This document shows, piece by piece, positions 35,376-47,852 of a stretch of DNA of 64,000 bases. The number at the start of each line of letters is the position of its first letter. The first letter of the stretch is position 1. The stretch comes from Candidatus Aminicenantaceae bacterium (lineage in GTDB: Bacteria > Acidobacteriota > Aminicenantia > Aminicenantales > Aminicenantaceae). Position numbers and translations under genes: made by a program. The stretch is from positions 18,975 through 82,974 of the forward strand of contig JBGVTE010000091.1 of the NCBI GenBank assembly GCA_041862375.1. The letters run 5' to 3'. A model generated the notes under the pieces. That model saw nothing but the letters and a program-made list of their open reading frames with translations, searched no databases and was not told the origin of the DNA.

Positions 35376-37154
35376 TTATTCTCTGTAAAGTGAATCGATT
35401 ACATCTCTGTACTTATCTTCGATTATATTTCTTTTCACTTTTAAAGTGGGAGTGATTTCTCCTTTCTCTATCTCAAAATCTCTTTCAAGAAGTGCAATTT
35501 TTTTTACCTTCTCATAGGAGGCCAGGCTTGGAGTACTTCTATCAATTTCTGCAAGCATAAAGTTCAGGATTTCATCTTTTTTAATTAAATCACTCTGGTT
35601 CTCGAAGGGAATATTATTAAATTTTGCATATTCATCTAGCTTATCGAAGTTTGGCACTACGAGAGCAGATATAAATCTTCTCTTGTCTCCCAATACCACA
35701 GCATTAGAAACATAGGGATTTGTCTTTAAGAGGTTCTCAATCGGCTGAGGAGCAACATTTTTTCCTCCTGCTGTAACAATAAGGTCTTTTTTCCTGTCTG
35801 TAATAACAAGAAATCCATCATCATCCAGATGTCCTATATCGCCGGTATGGAACCATCCTCCCTCCATTGCTTCTTCTGTTTCATCCTCTTTTTTGTAGTA
35901 ACCTTTCATTACATGAGGTCCTTTAGTCAATATTTCTCCATCCTTAGCAATGTTTACTTCTATCCCTGGGATAGGCTTCCCAACAGTTCCAAATCTAATA
36001 TTTTCAAGCGTATTGACAGAAATTACAGGAGAAGTCTCTGTTAAACCGTAGCCTTCAAGAACTACAAGACCCATAGCATAGAAAAACTCAGCGATATCTT
36101 TAGATAAGGGGGCACCTCCAGAAACAAAAAACCTTACTCTACCGCCTGTTTTTTCAATAATTTTGGAAAAAACAAGCTTGTGAGCTAAATTTTTCTTGAA
36201 CTGAAGACCTCTAGGAATAGATTGATTGAGCAGTTTCTTTCTTCCGTACTCTCTTCCTACCTTCAAAGCCCAGAAGAAAATTTTTCTCTTCAAGGATGAA
36301 CTTGTAAGAACGTTATCCATAACTTTAGAATAAATCTTTTCAAAAACCCGTGGTACACTCACCATGATGTGAGGTCTCACTTCGGGTAAGTTTTCTGCCA
36401 CAGTTTCTAAGCTTTCTGCATAACCGATTGTACATCCCTTATAGAGATACGTAAAAGTGACCATTCTTTCTAAAACATGGGATAGAGGCAAAAAGGAAAG
36501 GACTGTATCCTGTTCTGAAAATTCAATGATTGTCGATACTGTTTTGAGGTTGCTTATGAAATTGCTGTGAGAAAGCATGACTCCTTTGGGAACTCCTGTT
36601 GTCCCCGAGGTATAGATAATCGATGCCACATCATCAGGTTTCACGCTCAAAGCTAACTTTTCAAAAGCCTCTGGATCTTGCTGCGCCCTGCTCTTTCCTC
36701 TCTCAATGATTTCGGCTAAAGTTATTACTCCTGCTGGGGCCTCATCAGCAAAGGTGATGTAATGCCCTACGTTTGCGAGTTCATTGCGAATTAACTCTAT
36801 TTTCTGCCACTGTTCTTGATCAGAAAATATGACTATCTTGGCATCAGAGTCATTGATTATGAATTTTACTTGTTCTGGAACCAAAGAAGTATAAATTGGT
36901 ACAGTTATTCCTCTTATACACAAGCTGCCTAAGTCAGCCATTACCCACTCAGGTCTGTTCTCAGAGAGAATAACCAGCTTTTCGCCTGCTTCGAATCCTA
37001 AATCTTTCAATCCAAGGCCGATGTATTTAACCTGATTGCCAAATTCCTCAGTAGAGATAGGAACGTAATTCCCCTCTTTTTTACGAAGAATCAAATCATC
37101 TTTTGGGTATGATTTGATTGTATTAAGGAAAAGCTGACCGAAGGTTTCAACCAT
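35376..37154 (-). CDS. Long-chain-fatty-acid--CoA ligase (AMP-dependent synthetase)
   Basis: AMP-binding motif IYTSGTTGVPKGVMLSH. TGD motif (WFHTGDIG). ~590 aa. Confidence 0.85.
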   Translation of the reverse strand: MVETFGQLFLNTIKSYPKDDLILRKKEGNYVPISTEEFGNQVKYIGLGLKDLGFEAGEKLVILSENRPEWVMADLGSLCIRGITVPIYTSLVPEQVKFIINDSDAKIVIFSDQEQWQKIELIRNELANVGHYITFADEAPAGVITLAEIIERGKSRAQQDPEAFEKLALSVKPDDVASIIYTSGTTGVPKGVMLSHSNFISNLKTVSTIIEFSEQDTVLSFLPLSHVLERMVTFTYLYKGCTIGYAESLETVAENLPEVRPHIMVSVPRVFEKIYSKVMDNVLTSSSLKRKIFFWALKVGREYGRKKLLNQSIPRGLQFKKNLAHKLVFSKIIEKTGGRVRFFVSGGAPLSKDIAEFFYAMGLVVLEGYGLTETSPVISVNTLENIRFGTVGKPIPGIEVNIAKDGEILTKGPHVMKGYYKKEDETEEAMEGGWFHTGDIGHLDDDGFLVITDRKKDLIVTAGGKNVAPQPIENLLKTNPYVSNAVVLGDKRRFISALVVPNFDKLDEYAKFNNIPFENQSDLIKKDEILNFMLAEIDRSTPSLASYEKVKKIALLERDFEIEKGEITPTLKVKRNIIEDKYRDVIDSLYRE

Positions 37155-37246
37155 TGTTCCCTCCTTTGAATGGATTGTGTCAATTGTAAAGAAGCAGAGA
37201 ATTGCATGTCAAGTAATTTCTGCCCATGGAAATCAGAGGTTTTTGT

Positions 37247-39667
37247 TTAACTTACGCTTACTTTTGCAATTGAAACTAATTTATCTTTTTTTTCTAGGTT
37301 AATTATTTTAACTCCTTGAGTTGCTCTTCCTTGAGCCCTGATCTTCTTTGTCTTTATCCTGATTACCTTTCCAAATTCAGTTATTAAAAGTAATTCTTCC
37401 TCAGATATTCCCACCATCCCTACAGCATTCCCGATTTTCTTGTCTACCTTTAAGTTTATCACACCTTTTCCACCTCTCCGGTGTCTGGGATAATTGCTGA
37501 TTTCAGTCTTTTTCCCGGAGCCTTGCTCACTCGCTGTAAAGGTGTATTTATCATTCTCATCAACAACAATCATGCTGATCATCTTATCCTTGCGCTCAAG
37601 AGATATCGCTTTAACACCGGACGCCTGCCTTCCCATCGACCTTATTTCACTTTCTTTAAACCGTATAGCCTTCCCCAATTTAGTTCCGATTATAATATCC
37701 TTTTGGCCGTTTGTTAGTTTTGCTGAAAGGAGTTCACAGTTTGGATTAAGTGTGATGGCAATAATACCAGTTTTGCGGATATTACGGAAATCACTCAATT
37801 TCGTCTTTTTTATTAAACCATTAGAGCTCAACATGACTACGTAGAGCTTCTCAGAGAAGTCTTTCACTGATACTACTGACTGTACATTTTCTTCAGGAGT
37901 GAACTGGATTAAATTTTTTATCGCTTTTCCTCTGCCTGAAATCCCAACATCTGGAATTTCTAAAGCCTTTAGCCAGTAAAGATGGCCTTTATTGGTGAAA
38001 AAAAGAAGATAGCTGTGGGATGAGGCTATAAAAAGGTTCTGAACTACATCCTCTGCTCTCATGCTGATTCCCCGCTTCCCCTTTCCACCCCGGCTCTGAA
38101 AATGGTAGTAGCTGAGAGAAGTACGCTTGACATAACCTGAAGCTGTATAAGTTATCACAATATCCTCTTCTTTTATTAAATCTTCTGGCTTTATTTCTGT
38201 TATTTCCTCTTTCAATATTTCCGTACGCCTCTCATCCTGGTACACCTCTTTCAACTGTTTCAGTTCATCAACAATAATATTGAGAATAAGTTTTTCACTA
38301 CCTAATATCTTTTTCAGTGTCCTTATTGTTTTTTTCAATTCTTCATGTTCCTTATGAATCTTTTCCCTCTCCAATCGTGTCAGTTTCTGGAGCTGCAAAT
38401 CCAAGATCGCTTGAGCCTGGACTTTTGTGAGGTGAAAGTTGGTGATTAATCCTTTCCTCGCTTGATCAACTGTCCGCGATGAACGGATGAGCTTTATGAT
38501 TCGATCCAGATTGTCCAGAGCAATATTTAAGCCTTCAAGAATATGAGCCCTCAATTCTGCTTTTTTAAGTTCGTAGCGCGTGCGACGTCGGACTATATCC
38601 TGACGATGTGAAACAAAGCTTCTCATCATCTCAATCAAGTTGAACAATTTTGGCTGCTTATCGCAGATCGCTAAGAGTATGATTCCGTAAGAAGTTTGAA
38701 GGGCAGTACGCAGGTAAAGGTTGTTTAAAACAATTTCTGGAAGCTCTCCCTTCCTTATTTCTATGACTACACGCATTCCTTCTCTATCCGATTCATCTCT
38801 TATGTCAGCAATGCTTTCTATTTTCTTTTCATTAACGAGAGATGCGATAGTTTCTAGGAGCTTTGCCTTGTTAACCTGATAGGGAATTTCAGTGATTACG
38901 ATTCTATCTCTCTCTTTCTTTCTTCCTCTCTCTATTATTGCTCTTGCTCTTAAATGAATAATGCCTTTTCCCGTTTCATAAGCTTCTCTTATTCCTTTTT
39001 TGCCAAATATATATCCCCCCGTTGGAAAATCTGGCCCAGGAACAAATCCCATAATTTCTTTTAGAGTTGCATCTGGCTTTCTAATAAGATGACTAATTCC
39101 ATCAACGATTTCACCCAGATTGTGAGGAGGGATGTTCGTAGCCATTCCTACAGCAATCCCTGATCCCCCGTTAACAAGAACGTTAGGTACTTTTGAAGGA
39201 AGCACTTCGGGCATGGTCAGGCTTTCGTCATAGTTTGGAATAAAGTTTACGGTATCCTTTTCAATATCAGCCATAAGTTCATGCGCAATTTTTTTCATGC
39301 GGACTTCCGTGTATCTCATGGCTGCTGGGGGGTCTCCGTCAATGGAACCAAAATTTCCTTGGCCGTCAACCAACAAATAGCGAAGACTGAAATGTTGTGC
39401 CATTCGAACGAGAGCATCATACACAGCGGTCTCGCCGTGGGGATGGAACTTTCCGATGACATCGCCTACGATGCGAGCAGATTTCTTGTATGGTTTATTC
39501 CACGCATTGCCGCTTTCATACATTGCATACAGAGTGCGTCGATGAACAGGTTTAAGTCCATCTTTTATATCGGGAATAGCCCGTCCAATGATTACACTCA
39601 TTGCATAATCAAGGTAGGAACGCTTCATTTCTTTTTCAAGGCTTACCACAGTTGTATCACTACTCAT
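37247..39667 (-). CDS. gyrA: DNA gyrase subunit A
   Basis: [44 protein letters not shown] includes the active-site Tyr region. C-terminal beta-pinwheel repeats. Confidence 0.95.
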   Translation of the reverse strand: MSSDTTVVSLEKEMKRSYLDYAMSVIIGRAIPDIKDGLKPVHRRTLYAMYESGNAWNKPYKKSARIVGDVIGKFHPHGETAVYDALVRMAQHFSLRYLLVDGQGNFGSIDGDPPAAMRYTEVRMKKIAHELMADIEKDTVNFIPNYDESLTMPEVLPSKVPNVLVNGGSGIAVGMATNIPPHNLGEIVDGISHLIRKPDATLKEIMGFVPGPDFPTGGYIFGKKGIREAYETGKGIIHLRARAIIERGRKKERDRIVITEIPYQVNKAKLLETIASLVNEKKIESIADIRDESDREGMRVVIEIRKGELPEIVLNNLYLRTALQTSYGIILLAICDKQPKLFNLIEMMRSFVSHRQDIVRRRTRYELKKAELRAHILEGLNIALDNLDRIIKLIRSSRTVDQARKGLITNFHLTKVQAQAILDLQLQKLTRLEREKIHKEHEELKKTIRTLKKILGSEKLILNIIVDELKQLKEVYQDERRTEILKEEITEIKPEDLIKEEDIVITYTASGYVKRTSLSYYHFQSRGGKGKRGISMRAEDVVQNLFIASSHSYLLFFTNKGHLYWLKALEIPDVGISGRGKAIKNLIQFTPEENVQSVVSVKDFSEKLYVVMLSSNGLIKKTKLSDFRNIRKTGIIAITLNPNCELLSAKLTNGQKDIIIGTKLGKAIRFKESEIRSMGRQASGVKAISLERKDKMISMIVVDENDKYTFTASEQGSGKKTEISNYPRHRRGGKGVINLKVDKKIGNAVGMVGISEEELLLITEFGKVIRIKTKKIRAQGRATQGVKIINLEKKDKLVSIAKVSVS

Positions 39668-39747
39668 AGGTGCTCCTTCTTAAAACAATGGGGACAGTTC
39701 CTTTTTTTCGGTCCCCATCTCCGAAAAAAGAGAACCGCCCCCATTTC

Positions 39748-42162
<2,415 letters not shown>

Positions 42163-42267
42163 TTATGTGTGCGGGAATTTTACATAACCCGTTGGGCATA
42201 ATATCCGGTGTCATTATACCTTAAGAACAAATCTTAGTAAAGTAAAATCATTGCTTTTTTTAGTACT

Positions 42268-42389
42268 TTGGGGTCAGGCTTTCATAAGTTTTATAAATTG
42301 AATTTTTTCTAATCTTTCATTGTAACCCTAGCTTTTATTTCTTCCTGGTAAACAATAAATTATAAAAGTTATGAAAGCCTGACCCCAAT
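42268..42389. repeat. ~122-bp palindromic MITE-like element with ~31-bp terminal inverted repeats ending in GGGGTCAGGCTTT / AAAGCCTGACCCC
   Basis: The arm ttggggtcaggctttcataagttttataaatt at 42268-42299 is inverted at 42357-42389 with 1-2 mismatches. Located in the gyrB / DRG-GTPase divergent intergenic region. Its right end is 5 bp from the -35 at 42395. Confidence 0.55.
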
Positions 42390-42394
42390 TACCT

Positions 42395-42423
42395 TTGAAA
42401 ACCAGTCTATGTTCAGCTATAAT
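42395..42423 (+). promoter_or_regulatory. Sigma-70-like promoter TTGAAA-17-TATAAT
   Basis: TTGAAA at 42395-42400, a 17-nt spacer, then TATAAT at 42418-42423. It lies inside the ORF-track start (42409), so the true start is likely the ATG at 42442. Confidence 0.45.
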
Positions 42424-42441
42424 TTTTACCAAGAGATAAAA

Positions 42442-43434
42442 ATGCCAGCAAATTTGCCACCTCAGTACTTTGAGACAGAGAAAAAATTAAAAGTAGCAAA
42501 AACCCCGCAGGAAAAGATTAGAATTCTAGAAGAACTACTCTCCATAGTTCCCAAACACAAAGGCACAGAAAAGCTACAAGCCTTGCTAAAAACGAAAATT
42601 GCAAAACTTAAATCTACAGCTCAAAAAAAACCCTCTATAGCCAGGCACAGTTCTCTACACCGTGTGGAGAGATCTGGAGCAGGTCAAATAATCTTAATTG
42701 GGCCACCGAATAGTGGCAAATCCATGTTGGTTAAATCCCTGACAAATGCAACCCCTGAAATCGGTGAATATCCCTTCACAACTCGCTTGCCATATCCTGC
42801 CATGATGGAGTATGAAAACATCAAGATTCAACTCGTCGATACTCCCCCTGTTACGCCAGAATACATGGAGAGCTGGCTTCTAGAGATGATAAAAGAATCC
42901 GATGGAATCTTGATTCTTCTGGATTTGTCTGATTCCAGCCCTATAAACACTTTAAAAGTCCTTCTTTCTGGGCTTAAAGAAAAGAAAATAGAACTAATCT
43001 CAGAAAAAGAAAAAACTATAGAGACAGAAGTAAGATTTTTTCCAAAAAGAGCGCTGGTTGTCGCTAATAAAAAAGATGTGCTTCTTAATGATAATGACTT
43101 TACAACCCTGAAAGGATTCTGCAAAGGAAAATTCAACCTCATCTCTCTATCTGCCCTTCATAGAGATGGTCTTGATGAACTTAGAAAGCATATTTTTCTC
43201 ATGCTTGATGTCATTCGCGTGTATAGTAAAATCCCGGGGAAAAAAGCAGACCTGAATGCTCCTTATACCCTGAAGAGAGGAAGCTCAGTACTCGATATGG
43301 CTAGAGAAGTCCACAAGGATTTTACCCAAAAACTAAAATACGCAAGGATCTGGAGTAAGAATAAATACCAAGGCCAGATGGTCAACCGAGACCACATCCT
43401 CGAAGACGAAGATATTCTCGAACTTCATATATAA
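42442..43434 (+). CDS. DRG/Rbg-type (archaeal/eukaryotic-like) GTPase with C-terminal TGS domain
   Basis: N-terminal LQALLKTKIAKLKS resembles the DRG helix YHLGLLKAKLAKLR. G1 is GPPNSGKSMLVKSLTNA. The block EIGEYPFTTRLPYPAMMEYENIKIQLVDTPP matches DRG [31 protein letters not shown]. C-terminal TGS-like IRVYSKIPG...ARIWSKNKYQGQMVNRDHILEDEDILEL. Confidence 0.55.
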   Translation: MPANLPPQYFETEKKLKVAKTPQEKIRILEELLSIVPKHKGTEKLQALLKTKIAKLKSTAQKKPSIARHSSLHRVERSGAGQIILIGPPNSGKSMLVKSLTNATPEIGEYPFTTRLPYPAMMEYENIKIQLVDTPPVTPEYMESWLLEMIKESDGILILLDLSDSSPINTLKVLLSGLKEKKIELISEKEKTIETEVRFFPKRALVVANKKDVLLNDNDFTTLKGFCKGKFNLISLSALHRDGLDELRKHIFLMLDVIRVYSKIPGKKADLNAPYTLKRGSSVLDMAREVHKDFTQKLKYARIWSKNKYQGQMVNRDHILEDEDILELHI

Positions 43435-43570
43435 AAAGCTTTTATCCTTTATCGCGTTTTCTCCCTGCCATGATGTTTGTCCAGAATACATAATAATTTT
43501 GTTTCCATCCTTCCGGGATAAACGAGAGGGATAAAATATTTTTCCCCGATTGAGCTTGTATAACTTCTTG

Positions 43571-44743
43571 CTAATGTTTACTGTTTTTTTCTATCCTGTG
43601 GCTTACCACGACCCCTCGCTCTTGAAGCGCGTTGACGATAGGTTGATACAATTCACCGTGAAAAACATTTTCAGGGAAAAGTACTCCCCTTTGAGTTATC
43701 TTATCAGAAGCAATCATTTGAGCAGCAATAGATGCTGGAAAGCTTGTCGTTTTAGCCATTGAAGTATACTTCATTTTTGGATCATAGAAATCAATTATTT
43801 CAAAAATGTGCGTCGTGGGCTCACCTGATTTCTTTCCTGAAACAACTACTCTCATTAAAGTCACATCACCCTCTTTTCCCAATTTCCACTTAGTCTCTAA
43901 AATAGCTTTAAGGAATTCTCTCGGAATGACTTTCTTGTTAAATAGAGAAAGAGGTTCCCTAGAGAAAAAACCAAATTCTTTTATCATTTTAATTGCCTGA
44001 GCATGCCCAGGATAGCGAACAGTTTTTTCAGCCAACTTATCTCTAATTCTGCCTTGTAATGTATAGATGAGAGAAGAAAGTCCATCTGTATAAAAGCACT
44101 CCATTCTTGAAAAAGGAGGAGGAAATTCAACAGGTTCAATACCCGATAAGGCTTCTACTTCTTTTATCTTACCTTTTTCGAGGATAATAGCCTTTCTCTC
44201 ATAAAAATCTAAAAGGCTTTCAGCAGCATATACAATACTGTACTTTAATGGAGGCTGAGGATGGAGCGGGTTTCCTCCGACATAAATCATTGCTTTCTCT
44301 GTATCATCAAGAAGATATACTCCTCTCCCGACACAGATATTATCAATTCCAGGAGCCAAGCCGCAGCCTGGTATAATAGTTACACCCTTCCTCTTTGCCT
44401 CTTCATCGTAAGAGAGCCGTTCTAATGGGCCCTCTCCCACAACATCCACCAGGTTGACTCCATGGAGAATCGATGCCTCCATAGCTAAAAAGCTGTGTTT
44501 GTGGAGAAGGGCAGATATAGCAACATCTTGGCCTTTAAAAAGGTCTTCCCTCTGGTTTTTATCCTCAACATCTCTCTGAAGAGTGATGAGCCTGTCGCTT
44601 GGTATGAAATTTCGAGCCTTCTTAAGTCTCTCGAAACTGATGTCAGCCAGAGTTACTATGTTCTGTTCATTGCTCAAAATAAGGTCTTTAGCTAAGACGA
44701 CTCCCATCTTTCCTGCTCCAAGCACCAGGAACTTCGGCATCAT
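43571..44743 (-). CDS. Saccharopine dehydrogenase-family NAD(P)-binding oxidoreductase
   Basis: Rossmann GAGKMG N-terminus, Sacchrp_dh-like length and C-domain. The specific substrate (lysine or carboxynorspermidine type) is not determinable. Confidence 0.55.
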   Translation of the reverse strand: MMPKFLVLGAGKMGVVLAKDLILSNEQNIVTLADISFERLKKARNFIPSDRLITLQRDVEDKNQREDLFKGQDVAISALLHKHSFLAMEASILHGVNLVDVVGEGPLERLSYDEEAKRKGVTIIPGCGLAPGIDNICVGRGVYLLDDTEKAMIYVGGNPLHPQPPLKYSIVYAAESLLDFYERKAIILEKGKIKEVEALSGIEPVEFPPPFSRMECFYTDGLSSLIYTLQGRIRDKLAEKTVRYPGHAQAIKMIKEFGFFSREPLSLFNKKVIPREFLKAILETKWKLGKEGDVTLMRVVVSGKKSGEPTTHIFEIIDFYDPKMKYTSMAKTTSFPASIAAQMIASDKITQRGVLFPENVFHGELYQPIVNALQERGVVVSHRIEKNSKH

Positions 44744-44749
44744 TTTCTC

Positions 44750-45001
44750 CTAAATAACTATTCCCATAAGGGTATATAAAACAAATGTTACTCCCACTAC
44801 TGCCAGAGAATAGGGAATCTGAGTCCTGACATGGTCCATATGATCGCAAGCACTTCCCAACGAGGAGAGGACAGTAGTATCAGAGAGAGGTGAACAGTGA
44901 TCACCGAAAACACCCCCTCCGGCTACAGCTGCTATAGCGGCAAAGACCAGGAGCGAGGGCTCTCCTCTGAAAAATCCAGAAATTGTATTACAAGAATTCA
45001 A
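44750..45001 (-). pseudogene. C-terminal remnant (83 aa) of an NhaC-family Na+/H+ antiporter
   Basis: GDHCSPLSDTTVLSSLGSACDHMDHVRTQIPYSLAV is the conserved NhaC C-terminal block. There is no upstream coding continuation, only ~118 bp before the next gene. Confidence 0.55.
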
Positions 45002-45119
45002 GATTTATTATCTTATATGCTCTTTGTAAAAAGTAAAGAAGAAAAAAGCAGGCAGCTTCAGCAGTTCAGGACAAAAAAAGGCATATATTCCTCTCTAAGT
45101 GATGTTACCTGGATAATAA

Positions 45120-46253
45120 TTATTGGTTTAAGGCCTGAACAAGAATCTCCCTATAATCCTCTGATTGTGCTTCACGAGGATTGTAAGGATTAGAATTATT
45201 CTGGAAAGCATTTCGGGCAATGACAGAAAATTGGCTTTCATTAAGGCCAAGGTCCTTAAGGGAGGGAATTAGTAAAGAATGTGAGAGGATTTTTATTTTT
45301 TCTATAAGCTCTTGTGCTGCAATTCTCTTATTTTTTGTACTGATTCCTGTAAGCTTTGCTATTTCTGCATATCGGTCTTCTACGACAGGAAGATTGAATT
45401 CCATAACAAGGGGGAGAAAAATCGAATTTAAAACTCCATGAGGCAAATCACAAAGGCCGCCTATGGCTTCAGCAAGACAGTGGACAGCACCCACATCACT
45501 ATTGCCAAATGCTATACCAGCCAGCATACTTCCGAGCATCATTTTTTCCCTGGCCTCTATATTGCCTTTTACATCTTTAAACGCTCTCTCAATCGATGAA
45601 AAAATAAGGGTACAGGATTCTTTTGCGAAAATATCAGTTGTAAAAGTGGCTACCTTTGCTGTGTATGCTTCGACAGCGTGAGTAAGGGCATCCATCCCAG
45701 TCGAAGCAATTAAATGAGGAGGAAGAGAAATTAATAAATCAGGATCAACCAGAGCTACCGCAGGATACATACGGGACCCCTTGATACTCATCTTGAACCG
45801 ACGTTTAGTATCAGTTATCACTGACACCCATGTAACTTCACTCCCTGTACCACAGGTTGTAGGAATAGCTAGTACAGGAAGCGGGAAGGTTTTATACTTC
45901 TCTCTGCCCTCATAGTCTTCGATTGCTCCTCTGTTTGTGGAAAGTAAAGCAATAGCTTTGGCTGCATCCAAAGAGCTTCCTCCTCCAAGGCCTACAACAA
46001 GATCAGGATTTATTTCCTGGGCAAGTTCCCCTCCCTTATTGATTGTTTCGGATTTAGGATTAGACTCAACCTCATCAAACACGTGAGCGCTTTTTAGTCT
46101 AGATAGAACTCTATCACCGATCCCGGAATTCATAATCCCTTTATCAGTCACAAGTAGTATCTTAGAAACATGAAACTCTTGCTCAACTACTTCTTCTAGC
46201 TCAGAGAAAACTTCGCGTCCGAAGATAATTTTTGTGGGAAGGTGAAATTTCAT
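45120..46253 (-). CDS. Iron-containing (group III) alcohol dehydrogenase
   Basis: GGGSSLDAAKAIA glycine-rich NAD motif. His-rich metal site (HAVEAY..., AVHCLAEAIG). Confidence 0.85.
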   Translation of the reverse strand: MKFHLPTKIIFGREVFSELEEVVEQEFHVSKILLVTDKGIMNSGIGDRVLSRLKSAHVFDEVESNPKSETINKGGELAQEINPDLVVGLGGGSSLDAAKAIALLSTNRGAIEDYEGREKYKTFPLPVLAIPTTCGTGSEVTWVSVITDTKRRFKMSIKGSRMYPAVALVDPDLLISLPPHLIASTGMDALTHAVEAYTAKVATFTTDIFAKESCTLIFSSIERAFKDVKGNIEAREKMMLGSMLAGIAFGNSDVGAVHCLAEAIGGLCDLPHGVLNSIFLPLVMEFNLPVVEDRYAEIAKLTGISTKNKRIAAQELIEKIKILSHSLLIPSLKDLGLNESQFSVIARNAFQNNSNPYNPREAQSEDYREILVQALNQ

Positions 46254-46255
46254 CC

Positions 46256-47788
46256 CTACGGCTTCTCATGCCTGAAATTAAGAGAATCCTCATCTGCCAT
46301 ATCCAGGACAGCTACAAAGACAAGCTGAGCTAAATCTTCTAGAATTTCAGGAGTTATAGTATCAATGTCATCCTTGGTAATATGGTAGTAGGAAGGAGCT
46401 CCTCTTGCGCTTATAGAAACAGTCGGAATTCCCTTCCACATGAAGCGGGCTGCATCCAATCTCGGGCGCGCAATGTTGGAAAAATAGCGAGGTCGGACTA
46501 TACGATGGATGTATTTTTTATTTGCCTTTTCTATAAATTTCCAGAAGGAGGGATAATTCTCTGCAGCCAGGACACTCAGCTTATCTCCACAGCCAACTCC
46601 ATCCATGTTGAAGAAGGCAACAGTTTTTTCTAAAGGAAACAAAGGATGCTCAAGGTAGTATTTTGATCCCACAACTCCCTGTTCCTCAGCTCCAAAACAG
46701 ATGAAAACCACTGAACGCCGAGGCTTCAAGGGACATTTAGCCAGGACCTCAGCCACTCCCAAAATAACAGCCACAGCTGAAGCATTATCATTGGCACCCG
46801 GCATTATTTCATAACAACGGCCAAGATGGTCAAGATGCCCTCCAACGATGATCACTTCATTCTTGTATTCGGGATCAGAGCCCTCTATCATACCGATAAC
46901 GTTAGAGCCAATTCCCTCAAGATAGTGATTAGTTATGTTTTTTAATGTGAAGGTCTTTCCGGTTGAAAAAGACTGGGGCTTTAAAGTCTCTTTAATTTTC
47001 TCCACAGTCTCTTCGTGGGTTCGCCCAGTACCTGTAAAAATATCAGCAACAACAGTATCACCAACATGACTGTATATAAAATTTTCATCGTAAGAATTAT
47101 TGGGATTTGCAATGGGTCCATAGTTATAGATCATGCCTCTCGCATCATGACTCACAGCGTTCTCTAGTTTATACTGATGGAAAGAATAAGGTCGCCATTT
47201 TTTAAAAAGCTCTGGATCTTCATTAGGAGAGACAGGCACCTCCCTCTCCATCAAAACTATCTTCCCTTTAACATCGACTCCATCGTACTCATCAAAGTTC
47301 AGCTCTGGAGCTGTGATGCCGTACCCAACATAAACAACCTCGGCACTCACTTTTCCTGAACCAGATGTGGATCCTGGAATGAACTCATCTTCGTAGCGGT
47401 AGTGCTTCTTTATAAAAGATCCTTTGTAAGGGATGTCAAGATAAGCCTCACACCCTTTAAAAACTAATGTGTAGGGAATCGGAAATTCCTGAAAGTACGT
47501 CCCTTTTTCTCCTGCTGGTAAAACTCCCCACTCTTTAAAAAGAGACGCTACCCATTCAGCGCAAGCCTTGTATTCAGGTGTTCCTGTAAGCCGGCCAGCA
47601 TACTTATCTGATGTTAATTCCTTGACATAATCAAAAAGCCTTTGGCTGTAAATAGAGTGTAGGCTCTGAAGCAGCAGCTCCTCATCTGTTGCTTTTTCTG
47701 TCGAAGTCTGAGCAACAGAGGTAAAACAAGCTATAAAATAACTGAAAACAAAGAAAACAAAGAAAGAAAATACCTTCCTACTTTTCAA
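46256..47788 (-). CDS. Secreted M28-family aminopeptidase with PA-like insert
   Basis: Signal peptide. Metal ligands in GGHLDHLG, GANDNASAVAVILGVAE, GAEEQGVVGSKYY and NMDGVG. Confidence 0.75.
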   Translation of the reverse strand: MKSRKVFSFFVFFVFSYFIACFTSVAQTSTEKATDEELLLQSLHSIYSQRLFDYVKELTSDKYAGRLTGTPEYKACAEWVASLFKEWGVLPAGEKGTYFQEFPIPYTLVFKGCEAYLDIPYKGSFIKKHYRYEDEFIPGSTSGSGKVSAEVVYVGYGITAPELNFDEYDGVDVKGKIVLMEREVPVSPNEDPELFKKWRPYSFHQYKLENAVSHDARGMIYNYGPIANPNNSYDENFIYSHVGDTVVADIFTGTGRTHEETVEKIKETLKPQSFSTGKTFTLKNITNHYLEGIGSNVIGMIEGSDPEYKNEVIIVGGHLDHLGRCYEIMPGANDNASAVAVILGVAEVLAKCPLKPRRSVVFICFGAEEQGVVGSKYYLEHPLFPLEKTVAFFNMDGVGCGDKLSVLAAENYPSFWKFIEKANKKYIHRIVRPRYFSNIARPRLDAARFMWKGIPTVSISARGAPSYYHITKDDIDTITPEILEDLAQLVFVAVLDMADEDSLNFRHEKP

Positions 47789-47852
47789 TTAATCCTCCTC
47801 GTTATTTTTATATTTATATGTTAAGATAAACCAGGTAAAAGTAAAGAAAAAC

